Source: a virus
Taxonomy: Duplodnaviria > Caudoviricetes
IMG/VR virus record: IMGVR_UViG_3300033156_000251
Coordinates: 1-50,623 of that record
Reading direction: 5' to 3' (one strand)
Length of the DNA stretch: 50,623 nt
The position numbers were made by a program, and so were the translations under genes. Below are positions 8,232-17,704 of this stretch, piece after piece (position 1 is the first letter of the stretch; each line of letters opens with the position of its first letter). The notes beneath the pieces were generated by a model, which worked only from the letters and a program-made list of their open reading frames with translations, was not told where the DNA came from and did no database searches.

Positions 8232-8457
8232 GAAAACTTATTATCTCACAATCTGGTACACTCAAAGCAAACATCCAATTTATTGGCAAACTGTAAAAAG
8301 GTACATGGGTAAAGGTGAATTCTTAGGGGTAGGCGCAGACCAAAGCGGTTCCTACATAGCCTTCGGATTTCCGACTGAGAGAACTGCAGAAAACGCTAAA
8401 AAGAGGTTAGAGAAAAGTGATATCGAAGGCATAGTTGATATTGATATTGAAAGCTAA
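8230..8457 (+). CDS. Early hypothetical protein
   Basis: Preceded by the GGAGCAACGCA RBS motif. Confidence 0.8.
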   Translation: MKTYYLTIWYTQSKHPIYWQTVKRYMGKGEFLGVGADQSGSYIAFGFPTERTAENAKKRLEKSDIEGIVDIDIES

Positions 8458-8481
8458 AAATTTTATCAGGGAGCAACGCAA

Positions 8482-8742
8482 ATGAAAACTCAAAAACGAC
8501 AAGCAATCAAAGACAAAATCTTCGCCGACACACTTTCAGTTCGCAAAGGTATCTACACAGCAAAGTGGACGTATTTTTACTCACACGGTAAAACGGCGGA
8601 GTACTACAAAAAAAGAGTACAGGAACAACTTGAAGGTGCTGAAATTTTAGAATTCGGAGATCACTGGCACGCATTCTGCGGTGGAGCAAAAGCTGGTTCC
8701 GCCAGGGACTCGTACTTCTGGGTAACATTTAAATTAGCATAA
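8482..8742 (+). CDS. Early hypothetical protein
   Basis: Preceded by the shared RBS motif. Confidence 0.8.
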   Translation: MKTQKRQAIKDKIFADTLSVRKGIYTAKWTYFYSHGKTAEYYKKRVQEQLEGAEILEFGDHWHAFCGGAKAGSARDSYFWVTFKLA

Positions 8743-8779
8743 AAGTCTGAAACTAAAAATTAAAAGGGAGCAACGCAAA

Positions 8780-9124
8780 ATGGCAACTACAAAAACAAAA
8801 ACAAATCATACGGCACACATAGCACATAACGTCTGCAAAGCACTAGCTAAGCAAATAGAAGAGGCTAAGGATCCAGACGAGAGAGCCAAACTGGAAGTAC
8901 TATACGAAATAAATTCAGGTATTAAATCTACGGCATATAGTTTGGAGAGTAACCTACTAAAAGCCATAGAGAGATTAGAGGACGCACTTTCAGATTTAAG
9001 AGAGCATAGGGTTAGTTCCTTAAATACCTGCGGTCTGCTTCAAGGGGTCGAGGAACAGGTCATGTCTGACTTGGGCAAGCTGGTAGGACTTTACGAAGCA
9101 AGAGATTATGCTGAAAGGATATAA
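8780..9124 (+). CDS. Early helical hypothetical protein
   Basis: Preceded by the shared RBS motif. Confidence 0.8.
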   Translation: MATTKTKTNHTAHIAHNVCKALAKQIEEAKDPDERAKLEVLYEINSGIKSTAYSLESNLLKAIERLEDALSDLREHRVSSLNTCGLLQGVEEQVMSDLGKLVGLYEARDYAERI

Positions 9125-9158
9125 CACTAACCTGATAACTTTTAAGGGAGCAACGCAA

Positions 9159-9425
9159 ATGAAAACGAAACTGTCAAAAAAACAATACATGCAAAATCTC
9201 AGACAAGAGGTTCAAGCAGAATTACGAAGCCTATATAAAGAAATGCAGGCGGATGGAGAGGAATTCGTAGACCATACATCTTCGGTTAAGAAAGCCTCCC
9301 TGTCTAAAATAGTAGAATTACTTGAAGTAGAATATGCCTGGGACGCAGAGAGCATTGCTCGAGTATTACTATCAGCAGCAGTTGAAGAAGTTGATGATTT
9401 CATGATAGAAGGTCTCAACTCATAA
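9159..9425 (+). CDS. Early acidic hypothetical protein
   Basis: The shared RBS motif places the start at 9159 (MKTKLSKK), not 9108. Confidence 0.8.
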   Translation: MKTKLSKKQYMQNLRQEVQAELRSLYKEMQADGEEFVDHTSSVKKASLSKIVELLEVEYAWDAESIARVLLSAAVEEVDDFMIEGLNS

Positions 9426-9441
9426 ATCTGGGAGACTAGAA

Positions 9442-10221
9442 ATGAATACACAAACACTACAAAAATATTTACAGCCCAAACTTAACAAGCTTATTAAACA
9501 GGCAGAGCAGTATCACAAACAAGCCTGTGGTATAGTCGAAGCCGAACACAAGTCTAAGTTGTTAGCCAAACGCAAACATCAATACTCTCTCAATCCTCAT
9601 CGGACAGAGCGCATACATCCTGACGAGATAAAGGACAAGGCTCTTCGTAAAGAAGCTCGTGAGGTGGAACGTAAACTATTCGTAAATTTAGACAATCTGC
9701 TACTCAACAAGAGTTTAGTAACACAAAATGCTCAAGAGGTTAAACGTCAAGCAGAATTAGTGATAGCAAACCTGCAACGTCTAGAGAATGCTTTACAAGA
9801 ACTGCCTAAGTGGGTCAAGTACACAGAAGAGCAAGCAAAACTACTACGTTACGAACGGCGTAACGAGATATCACTAACGAAAAGAATCTTTGGGACTGAG
9901 GCTCCACCCAAAGCTTCTTCTAATAACACCGGAGCCAGTGAAGGAGAAATTAAAATGGCAAAGAAAGACACCACATCAATCAAAGAACTCTTGACCAAAC
10001 TTGAGAACGAGGTCGACCAGAAGCAGAAGCGTCTGATTAGAGCTGCACTTCGAAGGCTGGGTCACCGGGGCGGTCTAGGTAAAAAGACTGCTAAGAAGGT
10101 GGTCAAAAAGACTACTAAGAAAACCGCTAAGAAAACTACTAAAAAAGCTACCAAAAAGACTGCTAAGAAAGCTACTAAAAAGACTGCTAAGAAAGCTGCT
10201 AAAAAGAGTGATAAGAGCTAA
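9442..10221 (+). CDS. Coiled-coil protein in frame with a C-terminal RKLGH-module/histone H1-like protein (internal start 9955)
   Basis: GGGAG RBS before 9442 and AAGGAG RBS before ATG 9955. KKTAKK/KKATKK repeats at the C-terminus. Confidence 0.75.
   Translation: MNTQTLQKYLQPKLNKLIKQAEQYHKQACGIVEAEHKSKLLAKRKHQYSLNPHRTERIHPDEIKDKALRKEAREVERKLFVNLDNLLLNKSLVTQNAQEVKRQAELVIANLQRLENALQELPKWVKYTEEQAKLLRYERRNEISLTKRIFGTEAPPKASSNNTGASEGEIKMAKKDTTSIKELLTKLENEVDQKQKRLIRAALRRLGHRGGLGKKTAKKVVKKTTKKTAKKTTKKATKKTAKKATKKTAKKAAKKSDKS
10081..10206 (+). repeat. 12-bp-unit coding tandem repeat (KKxx) forming a histone H1-like tail
   Basis: aaaaagactgct/aagaaaactact-type units encoding KKTAKKTTKKAT... Confidence 0.85.
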
Positions 10222-10291
10222 AGCCGAAAGTCGGGCATAGTCGCCCGGCTCTGAGTAAGATGGTAACTTATTCACTGACGAGGTAAACCAA

Positions 10292-11416
10292 ATGGCTAAA
10301 TACAAATACAAAGTTGTTTGTAGGAACTGCGGCAATATAGAAGGCATGAACCGAGAAGGACTTGACTTGTCTCGACTAAGGTGCTTCAGTTGTAAAAGCG
10401 TAGGGAGTTACAATTATGTTAAACTCAAAGAAAGGAGCAATGCAATGAAACGGAAGTGGAAGTTGGATGACAGAGTAGTAGTTGACTTTGATGGTGAACC
10501 ATATTCTGGTTCAATCTCAAAGCTAACTAAATCAAAAGCAACAATATTATTTGATGATGGAGATGTGTTTAGTGTAAAGCTTAAGGACTTAAAGCCTGAG
10601 CCTGAACCCGAGTCTGAGTCTGAGCCTGAACTCGAGTCTGAGTCTGAGCCTAAGGCTACAGGCAAATCAAGAAGAGGAAAGAAGGGAGGTTATATCCAAT
10701 ACACTGTCGAGTGGGATAAACCCAAAATCAACTTCAAGTTTAAGGCTGAGTCAGGTGTTATGTTTTATGGCTGGTGGAGAAAAGTTCCATCAGAAGTTGA
10801 ACAAGCTTTCGGTGTCGATCTTATGGTAGAGTATAAGGGTTCGAGGTACAACGTTGATACCCTACACTACTACGAGCATGATCCGCGTAACAATATCAAC
10901 TCCCTCAACGCAGATCTTTGTGCTGCTGCTAACAAATGGTTGTATCAAAAATGTCAAGGCACGTTTGATACAATAGAAAGTCTTCAACAAAGAGCAGCCA
11001 AGCCTACTATTAGAATCAACCGGTTGGAAACTCTTGACAAGATTATTCTTAAGCTTAAAGAGTACAGAGACGTAGCTCTTAGGTCTGGTGGCACTCGGAC
11101 AATGATGTTTACTGGGGATTTTCCTGAAACTGACCCGAGCATGCGTATTCAAATGGATCTGACTAAACAGGCTTTAGGTCTTAAAGGCAAAGCCGTTCCT
11201 AGTCTTATCAACGGAGTCATGCTTGATGAGGTAGCAACTGACAACAGCAAGAAAAAGAAGGGGAGAGGTAAGAGTCTTGAACTTACACCTGATCCCAAAC
11301 TTGTAGAGTCTTTGATATCACAACTGAAGTTATCAAAAGATAAAGCAGAGAAACGCAAACTTCGAAGCGCTTTGAGAAAGATGGGTCACAGAGGTGGAAC
11401 TAGAAGTATTAGTTGA
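10292..11416 (+). CDS. Zn-ribbon + Tudor/SH3-like + RKLGH-module protein (internal start 10445)
   Basis: CRNC..CFSC; DDRVVVDFDGEPYSG...ILFDDGD; C-terminal KRKLRSALRKMGHRGG. The shared RBS motif precedes ATG 10445. Confidence 0.75.
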   Translation: MAKYKYKVVCRNCGNIEGMNREGLDLSRLRCFSCKSVGSYNYVKLKERSNAMKRKWKLDDRVVVDFDGEPYSGSISKLTKSKATILFDDGDVFSVKLKDLKPEPEPESESEPELESESEPKATGKSRRGKKGGYIQYTVEWDKPKINFKFKAESGVMFYGWWRKVPSEVEQAFGVDLMVEYKGSRYNVDTLHYYEHDPRNNINSLNADLCAAANKWLYQKCQGTFDTIESLQQRAAKPTIRINRLETLDKIILKLKEYRDVALRSGGTRTMMFTGDFPETDPSMRIQMDLTKQALGLKGKAVPSLINGVMLDEVATDNSKKKKGRGKSLELTPDPKLVESLISQLKLSKDKAEKRKLRSALRKMGHRGGTRSIS

Positions 11417-11464
11417 TGTACCTTTAAACTAAATTTAATAACCCTAATTGGAAAGGACACGACA

Positions 11465-11671
11465 ATGGCTAAAGAAAAGACAAACACACTAACTGTCAAG
11501 GTGGAGAACTCAAGCCTGGTTATTAGCATCCCGCTTATTAAGCCACCGAAGCCTTCAAAGTCTGGAAAGAGTTTGACAGTAGCTACTACACATGGTAATA
11601 TACCCACTCAGGCAATTATAAACAACAAGCCTGTGATAGTTGGTGTCAACGCTTATATTAAGGCTGACTGA
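11465..11671 (+). CDS. Small conserved-looking hypothetical protein (PSKSGK...GVNAY)
   Basis: AAGGA RBS; compact beta-rich sequence. Confidence 0.75.
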   Translation: MAKEKTNTLTVKVENSSLVISIPLIKPPKPSKSGKSLTVATTHGNIPTQAIINNKPVIVGVNAYIKAD

Positions 11672-11710
11672 AACTTTTTTCAGTAAGGCTTACATACACC
11701 CCTCCTCCTG

Positions 11711-11747
11711 GGCAGGTTTTAGGTGATATCCTAAACCTGCCTTTTTT
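11711..11747 (+). terminator. Intrinsic terminator of the early operon
   Basis: GGCAGGTTTTAGG-tgatat-CCTAAACCTGCC followed by T6. Confidence 0.85.
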
Positions 11748-11750
11748 ATG

Positions 11751-11852
11751 CGTAAGTATTTATAAAATAAAGAGTTATGTTGTATATTGCGCTTAATATC
11801 ATACGATTTTTAGTCGATTTTGACGTAAGTACTTTATTTATAAGCATTTATA
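11751..11852. repeat. Two copies of the 29-bp palindrome (11751-11779, 11824-11852)
   Basis: CGTAAGTATTTATAAAATAAAGAGTTATG and CGTAAGTACTTTATTTATAAGCATTTATA. Confidence 0.75.
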
Positions 11853-11895
11853 TTGCCAGAAGATTTGCCACCCTGAGTGATTATACATACCGGAT

Positions 11896-11918
11896 AAAAA
11901 AAGGCCGCGTATGGCCCT
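11896..11918 (-). terminator. Possible terminator of the late operon
   Basis: Minus strand reads AGGGCC-atacgc-GGCCTT-TTTTT. A second imperfect hairpin lies at 11961-11999. Confidence 0.5.
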
Positions 11919-12022
11919 GCTAACTGCCTTAATACGGCTCATAGCTAAGCCTGATAGACGCTAAAATAGCGGCCAAATAATTATTGACCGCCATTTTAGG
12001 TGTTTTCAGATATACTAAGGCT

Positions 12023-12277
12023 CTATTTAACTACGGGCGATTTAAGTAAGTCATAGCCTCCGGACGCTACTAATCCAATAACCACTGAGGACATCACTGG
12101 ATTATCTAAGTTTGTAAGATAACCCAAACCCAGTGCGATACCAACTGAAAAGAAAGGTAACCACTCACTTACTTTTTGAATGGCTTCGATTCTTTTTAGG
12201 ATCTGCACAATCGCTCCCACTACAGGAACAAGTGCCATCATTGAAGGTGTCAGTGTGACTGTGAATTGATTCTCCAT
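12023..12277 (-). CDS. Holin-like membrane protein
   Basis: 84 aa with about three hydrophobic segments, GLVASGGYD motif, at the end of the late operon. Confidence 0.65.
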   Translation of the reverse strand: MENQFTVTLTPSMMALVPVVGAIVQILKRIEAIQKVSEWLPFFSVGIALGLGYLTNLDNPVMSSVVIGLVASGGYDLLKSPVVK

Positions 12278-12279
12278 GA

Positions 12280-12507
12280 CTATTTCTCCTTACTAGACAA
12301 TGTTAATATTTTACCTACCGCTACCACCAAACCACCCAAAGCTAGGATCCACACACCTAACTTCGGGTCATATGTGGTGACAGTGGTACCTACTTGTTGA
12401 GCGGTCTGTCCTATCTCTTCTACTTGTGGCCCATGTTGGGTTGCCTGTTCCCATACAGCACAACCTGGCAATAACATTAAATAAACTACGGTTAAAAGCT
12501 TGTACAT
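12280..12507 (-). CDS. Lipoprotein with C-terminal TM segment (unimolecular spanin-like)
   Basis: GGAGG RBS, signal peptide with lipobox LLPGC, and a C-terminal hydrophobic helix. Confidence 0.5.
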   Translation of the reverse strand: MYKLLTVVYLMLLPGCAVWEQATQHGPQVEEIGQTAQQVGTTVTTYDPKLGVWILALGGLVVAVGKILTLSSKEK

Positions 12508-12524
12508 AAATTTCACCTCCAAAT

Positions 12525-14567
12525 TTAATTTAGTAATGCACTTGAGTACTTAGACCAATCAACAGAAATTACAGCCCACTGATGCTGTATTGATTTATGC
12601 AAATCTATGTTCGTCCACCTATACCATTCACGATAATCTGCCCAGTTTGCTGCTTCAAAGTCTAGCCAGCTGCGCGACGTTCCACTGGTATGTGGCCAGG
12701 GAGACTGGCTCGTATCAATCAAAACTTCATACTCAGTTTCATCTTCATTCAACGCTAATTCAATATAGCTATTATAAACAGTGGCTCCACTATTCACCGG
12801 CTCATGGTATATGGTGTGTGTGTCGTCTAGTTTAATATAACAACCATCTGCTCCCAGTTCTGGATCGCTAAAATGTGGATAGTTATCCTTCTCGATAGCA
12901 CAGTGCTTTACCCGAAGCTTTACCGTATTAGTGCCGAGTGCACAAGTGTATGCGTCTTGCTTCGGTGATACAGAACAACCCACAGTAGTGAGTTCAAAGA
13001 TATCATATATCAAACCGTTGTGTTTGTATTTGTATGTATATGGCGAAGAGCCATAGACTACTACTGCTCCAACTGCATAACCACATTCGGCCCAATCTGC
13101 ATAGTTTGTCCAAACCAATCTTCCATTACTAATGGTAGCTGCATCAGCACTTGCTGCACCTTCGGCACAAGATTCCAATGAGTTGTCATCCTCATCAGGA
13201 TCAGGATCAACAGCCTTCATCTCTTTAAGTTTGCAAGTGACATCATAAACTACTTCTCCATCTAATAAATTCAATTGAGAAAGCATAGCATATATGTCTT
13301 GTAGAACGTCATGGTAGAGTTCAAACTTGGTGTGAGTCTCATCCAAGATAGGATCATGTCTTGCTGCAATTTCTGCTTCTTGGGTAGGTCCATAAGCAGC
13401 ACTATAAACAGATTCTATATCAATAGGAGCATAATACTGTTTGTAAGTTTCTCCCATCGCGTCATACTGTGCTTGCGTAATGAGTAGTTTGCCTTCACTG
13501 TATCCAGGTGGGTTAGATCCACCAGGCCACATCTTCGCATCGCCTGAACTGTCCTGAACACGTCCAAAACTATACCTGAATGTTCGTCTCCAACAGCCAC
13601 AGGGATACGGGTGATCTGTAGTGTTTCCTGCATCATGTAGCCATTTAGGTATGTGCGGATAGTCTGGGTCCCACCACCAGTCATAATGCTCATCACCTAG
13701 TTCTCTCAGTAATAGCTCATATGCTGAGCCATTGCAATTCCATAGCTCATCATACAATTTAACATATATAGGATGATCTGCATTCTCATCTGGATTGTAA
13801 GTAACACCGCCATAGCCTGGTATTCCTGTTTCCCACGCAGATATCCAATCGCTATCTACCTCTTTCACAAAATCACGCGTATATACTTCAAAGATATATA
13901 TCGCCCATTCTTGATACGCGTCTCCCATTTTAATTTCATAGTTGTGCTGCCCCGGGCCCGAAGGGCTTTGACTGTTTAATGGCTCACCTTGTGTAATCGC
14001 ATACTCGCTCACACGTGGAGGATACAAACCCATCAGCTGCCAGTCTCCCCAGTCATTGACATAATGGGTTCGCAAATCGCCGGTGATTTGTGTCTTGTCA
14101 AGCTTATCATGCGTGTTAATCACAGGTGGCAAAAACTTATTCGCAAGCTGTGTAAAATCATAAGAATCATATCCTCCACCAGGCCAAGCTACATCATATC
14201 TGCAAATCCATCTGTCCGATAGTTCTCCCCAATGACTGTATTTGTTATAGTTGACGCCCAAGTACCAATAAGAGTTCAGGTTGCCTTCACTGTCAGTGGG
14301 AGGATTATCTATCAGATTTTGTTCTGTCATATATTGATTGTTGACGTATATTTCGTTTTCAAATTTGATGTGCAAGTCTCCACACTGCTGCTCACCTTTG
14401 CCTGTTGCCCAAGACACCCAGTCCGCACGTGTGATATTAACTGGTTCAATCCACGTGCCGGCATAGCGATACTGCAGACACCAAAACCATTTGCGAATAT
14501 CCTCAAACAGCTTGTTGTCTATCTCATCACCTTTTTCACATGGCCATTTACCAGCATCGAAAACCAT
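12525..14567 (-). CDS. Tail tip / receptor-binding protein (putative)
   Basis: 680 aa, rich in W/Y/D, last large gene of the tail module. Confidence 0.55.
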   Translation of the reverse strand: MVFDAGKWPCEKGDEIDNKLFEDIRKWFWCLQYRYAGTWIEPVNITRADWVSWATGKGEQQCGDLHIKFENEIYVNNQYMTEQNLIDNPPTDSEGNLNSYWYLGVNYNKYSHWGELSDRWICRYDVAWPGGGYDSYDFTQLANKFLPPVINTHDKLDKTQITGDLRTHYVNDWGDWQLMGLYPPRVSEYAITQGEPLNSQSPSGPGQHNYEIKMGDAYQEWAIYIFEVYTRDFVKEVDSDWISAWETGIPGYGGVTYNPDENADHPIYVKLYDELWNCNGSAYELLLRELGDEHYDWWWDPDYPHIPKWLHDAGNTTDHPYPCGCWRRTFRYSFGRVQDSSGDAKMWPGGSNPPGYSEGKLLITQAQYDAMGETYKQYYAPIDIESVYSAAYGPTQEAEIAARHDPILDETHTKFELYHDVLQDIYAMLSQLNLLDGEVVYDVTCKLKEMKAVDPDPDEDDNSLESCAEGAASADAATISNGRLVWTNYADWAECGYAVGAVVVYGSSPYTYKYKHNGLIYDIFELTTVGCSVSPKQDAYTCALGTNTVKLRVKHCAIEKDNYPHFSDPELGADGCYIKLDDTHTIYHEPVNSGATVYNSYIELALNEDETEYEVLIDTSQSPWPHTSGTSRSWLDFEAANWADYREWYRWTNIDLHKSIQHQWAVISVDWSKYSSALLN

Positions 14568-14568
14568 T

Positions 14569-15204
14569 TTATCTAAACACCGCCATCACACGTTTGTCAG
14601 TTTCGTTCCACCGGATAGACCCATCTTCTGGAGCAGGTGAAAATGTTTCTTCAAAGTAATAAGTGCTTGTGTTTGTGTCATAAGACACCAACACTATGTC
14701 ACCTTCACTAAACCACGGCACTAAATCTCGAAAGTCATTCACACCAGAATAATTGCTGAAGTCTGGGTCCACTCGCCACTTCGGTTTTATTGCGTCTACT
14801 ACTGCCCAGTAATTAGCGTCTGGTGGTTCGTGATTTAGATTGTCATCAACTAGAGAGCTGTAAACAGTTCTTTCAGTACCATGCCAACACTTGTTCCCTG
14901 TGTTGTACGTAGTAGTAGAAGACCATTCCTCTACATTGTCACTTTCTAAAACAACTACATATTCACCATAGACACCATACTCTGGGCCTCTTAATACTTT
15001 ATAGTGTTGCATATTACTTATGGCTTCAACAGTGCCGGTGATTGGAGGTCTTCTAGTAATGAAGCCAGAAGTATCTACATATCCATAAGAGTATAGGGAG
15101 TTAGCTAAGTTATATAACAAATCAACAGCACGATTGTATTCGCCTGCGCTAATACGGTCAGTGTATGGCTTCAAATGTTTGAAAGGTTTTATAGACAACG
15201 TCAT
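14569..15204 (-). CDS. Minor tail protein with carbohydrate-binding-module-like motif
   Basis: EWSSTTTYNTGNKCWH...YSSL..NLNHEP...YW resembles CBM5/12. Confidence 0.55.
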   Translation of the reverse strand: MTLSIKPFKHLKPYTDRISAGEYNRAVDLLYNLANSLYSYGYVDTSGFITRRPPITGTVEAISNMQHYKVLRGPEYGVYGEYVVVLESDNVEEWSSTTTYNTGNKCWHGTERTVYSSLVDDNLNHEPPDANYWAVVDAIKPKWRVDPDFSNYSGVNDFRDLVPWFSEGDIVLVSYDTNTSTYYFEETFSPAPEDGSIRWNETDKRVMAVFR

Positions 15205-16028
15205 AATACTATATCACTAAAATCTACTAAATCATAAAACTTTTTGACAGTACCATTCTCATCATAGATATTTTCAAAACTAAGACTCCCACCTGTGGCT
15301 CCTGGTCTAGGCCATTTATTCCATGTCGTAGCTCTGTAAGTCATGCGAACAGTTAATGCCCAGGATTTTGTGCCTTCACTAGTAATTTCTCTGGCCAGAA
15401 CAGGATTGCCGCATAACAATGTTTCAGCTGGAAAGGTTTTGTTCAATCTGCGAGAGGATATACTGCTATCATTCACACATCCCGGATGAGTCCAAACCCA
15501 ATCGGGTATGTAATTTATTTGGTGCAGTGTATACACCCAATCTACTAATCGTACAATCTTTGCTGGAGCTTCATTGGCTTCCAACGCTACTTTATTTGCT
15601 CCAGTTCCCCAGTATAACCCTTTTGAGCCTAATGTAAGAAATTCTGCTGCCGGCTCCAAAGACTCAGTGATGTACGTAGTTTCTCCTTCCTCTGGTAATT
15701 CATATGGCAATGCACCATATGTTATTGTCAATTGCGCTAATGTATAATCACCTAAGGGGTGGCTGGAGTTTTTCACTCCAACAACTGGAGCTATACTGAC
15801 ATCAGTGACGTATAGTCCGTCCAAAGGTATAGTAGTATATGAATTGTATTCTTGTGGAGGGTACCAAACATTACCCACCTGATAGCCCAGTAGTAATTTG
15901 GCTAATTCAATTCTATCCTCCCACGCACACTGCAACATATCAGTTACAGTAATTCTGTCACTAGACAGATTTTCCCTGGGATACCCAGGCACCCTATTAT
16001 AAGTTATACCATGTATAGATTTACCCAT
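15201..16028 (-). CDS. Minor tail (distal tail/hub-like) protein
   Basis: Lies directly after the tape measure gene; beta-rich. Confidence 0.6.
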   Translation of the reverse strand: MGKSIHGITYNRVPGYPRENLSSDRITVTDMLQCAWEDRIELAKLLLGYQVGNVWYPPQEYNSYTTIPLDGLYVTDVSIAPVVGVKNSSHPLGDYTLAQLTITYGALPYELPEEGETTYITESLEPAAEFLTLGSKGLYWGTGANKVALEANEAPAKIVRLVDWVYTLHQINYIPDWVWTHPGCVNDSSISSRRLNKTFPAETLLCGNPVLAREITSEGTKSWALTVRMTYRATTWNKWPRPGATGGSLSFENIYDENGTVKKFYDLVDFSDIVL

Positions 16029-16030
16029 GA

Positions 16031-17704
16031 CTATGGCCCTACCACGTAAAGATTATCAAGTTTGTTTGACAACGCTTTAGTTTCCTTTACTGTATTATAA
16101 GTGTTTTTATTTATTTGTTTGAGCTCATCTGTGTTTGGATCCTTCTTCTTCAATGTCAAGCCTACTGCCAACTGTTGCCAAGCTTCACGTAAACCTATAA
16201 AACCAATCTTGCCCATAGATTCCGCAACTTTGGTTTGTTCTTCTTGAGCTTTTTCAGCCTTCTTGACTAGGTCTTTTTGGGCTTTTGTCACACTACTTTC
16301 TTCTTTTATTTGTTGCCACTTTGCTTTGATATTAGCGTCTTCCCTTTTTATTGTCTCTCTAAAGTTTATAAAAGGTTTTTCTAAACTCGAAGGGACTGGT
16401 ACTGATCTTGCTTTAATACTGGAAATACTTTTTCGTATATCACTCAAAGTAGTTCTAGGTCCAGTTGCTTCCTCACCCATAGTTGTTATTGCATGAGCAC
16501 CAGCAGCTATGCGTAGAGTCATGCCTAGAGGAGTATAGCCTAGTATCTTTCCTAGAATTGATTGTGGGTCTAACATTTTCAACTCTAGGTCCAGAAGTGG
16601 CTTTTTAATCGCTCTGACAAAAGCTTCACCTGCTATTTTAGCTATACCCTTAAAAGCTACAAATAGTTGCTTACCCCATTTTATGACTTGTTCCAAAGCC
16701 AAATCTAACGCATAACCTATAGCAGTAGATAGACTGTCAGACCGCCATAGCTCTTTAATAAAATCCCAAGCTGCTTTTATTCTTACAACTAATTTATCAA
16801 CCCACTCGCCAACTGCCCAAAGAGCTTTGGTAAGTTTCGCTTCTGCTTCAAAGTGTGCAAACTTATCTGTGAGTTTGCCAAACCACTCCATCAATGGTTT
16901 GACAAGTTCTCTAACAACTATTGTTCCTACTGTAAGCAACCTGTCAAAAGCATCGGTGATTCTCTTTATACTTTCCTGATGAGTATATGCCCAGTCACGT
17001 GTGCGTTCCGCCCAATCCTTTAACCTTCTGCGTAATGGCTCACCTATGATTTCAGCAATATCTCCCATAGCATTTTTCATTTGCGTCAATCGTCCTCGAG
17101 TGGTATCTGCGGCGGCTTCAGCAAGTTGAAATGCTTTCGCTCCTATGACTAAGAGTTTATTGAACTTTTCTTGAGAACTCAAGTTGTCACCCAACACAAT
17201 ACCATACCGGGTGAGCATTTGAGTCTGGCCTTTCGCTGCACGCCCGATAAGCATAAAGGCAGTTTGTAGGTCTAGTTCATATTTAGCAGCAAGTCCAATT
17301 GCAGCTTTGGTCGCGTCTTTCAGTTTGTCTGTTGTTACACCTAGATTTTTAGCGTAAGCCATCTGCATTAGAATATCTTCATCCCCATACACTGTCACTT
17401 TCTGTATAGCTGCTGCATATTCTTTGAACTGCTTCATGCTTTTCTCGCTGTAGTCTCCCGTTGTTTTTAAAGCAGCAGCCAGTGTTAGAACAGCCTTCTC
17501 TTGCTTTACTGCTTTATAAGTAGCAATACCTAAATACGCAGCAATTGCCAATGCTACCTTTTTAGATATATTGTATAACTTCTTAAATGCTGCCTCCATA
17601 GTACCAACAGCCTTTGATACAGCCGACTTCGCAGCACTCAATGCGCTTCTTAGGGGAGACAGGCTTGCTTTAATTACGACATATGCTTCCATTAAGGGAT
17701 TCAT
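16031..17704 (-). CDS. Tape measure protein
   Basis: Ala/Lys-rich and helical, with QKVTVYGDE and ADTTRGRLTQMKNAMGD patterns. Follows the chaperone genes. Confidence 0.9.
   Translation of the reverse strand: MNPLMEAYVVIKASLSPLRSALSAAKSAVSKAVGTMEAAFKKLYNISKKVALAIAAYLGIATYKAVKQEKAVLTLAAALKTTGDYSEKSMKQFKEYAAAIQKVTVYGDEDILMQMAYAKNLGVTTDKLKDATKAAIGLAAKYELDLQTAFMLIGRAAKGQTQMLTRYGIVLGDNLSSQEKFNKLLVIGAKAFQLAEAAADTTRGRLTQMKNAMGDIAEIIGEPLRRRLKDWAERTRDWAYTHQESIKRITDAFDRLLTVGTIVVRELVKPLMEWFGKLTDKFAHFEAEAKLTKALWAVGEWVDKLVVRIKAAWDFIKELWRSDSLSTAIGYALDLALEQVIKWGKQLFVAFKGIAKIAGEAFVRAIKKPLLDLELKMLDPQSILGKILGYTPLGMTLRIAAGAHAITTMGEEATGPRTTLSDIRKSISSIKARSVPVPSSLEKPFINFRETIKREDANIKAKWQQIKEESSVTKAQKDLVKKAEKAQEEQTKVAESMGKIGFIGLREAWQQLAVGLTLKKKDPNTDELKQINKNTYNTVKETKALSNKLDNLYVVGP

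Noticed and set aside
8219-9158. GGAGCAACGCAA repeats as a CRISPR-like array
   Set aside because: The repeats are only 12 nt, are separated by whole genes of variable length and sit at RBSs. No cas operon is present; the Cas4-like nuclease lies in a recombination module.
10222-10260. GTCGGGC-atagtc-GCCCGGC hairpin as a tRNA or terminator
   Set aside because: No cloverleaf and no U-tract; at most a stabilising or processing hairpin.
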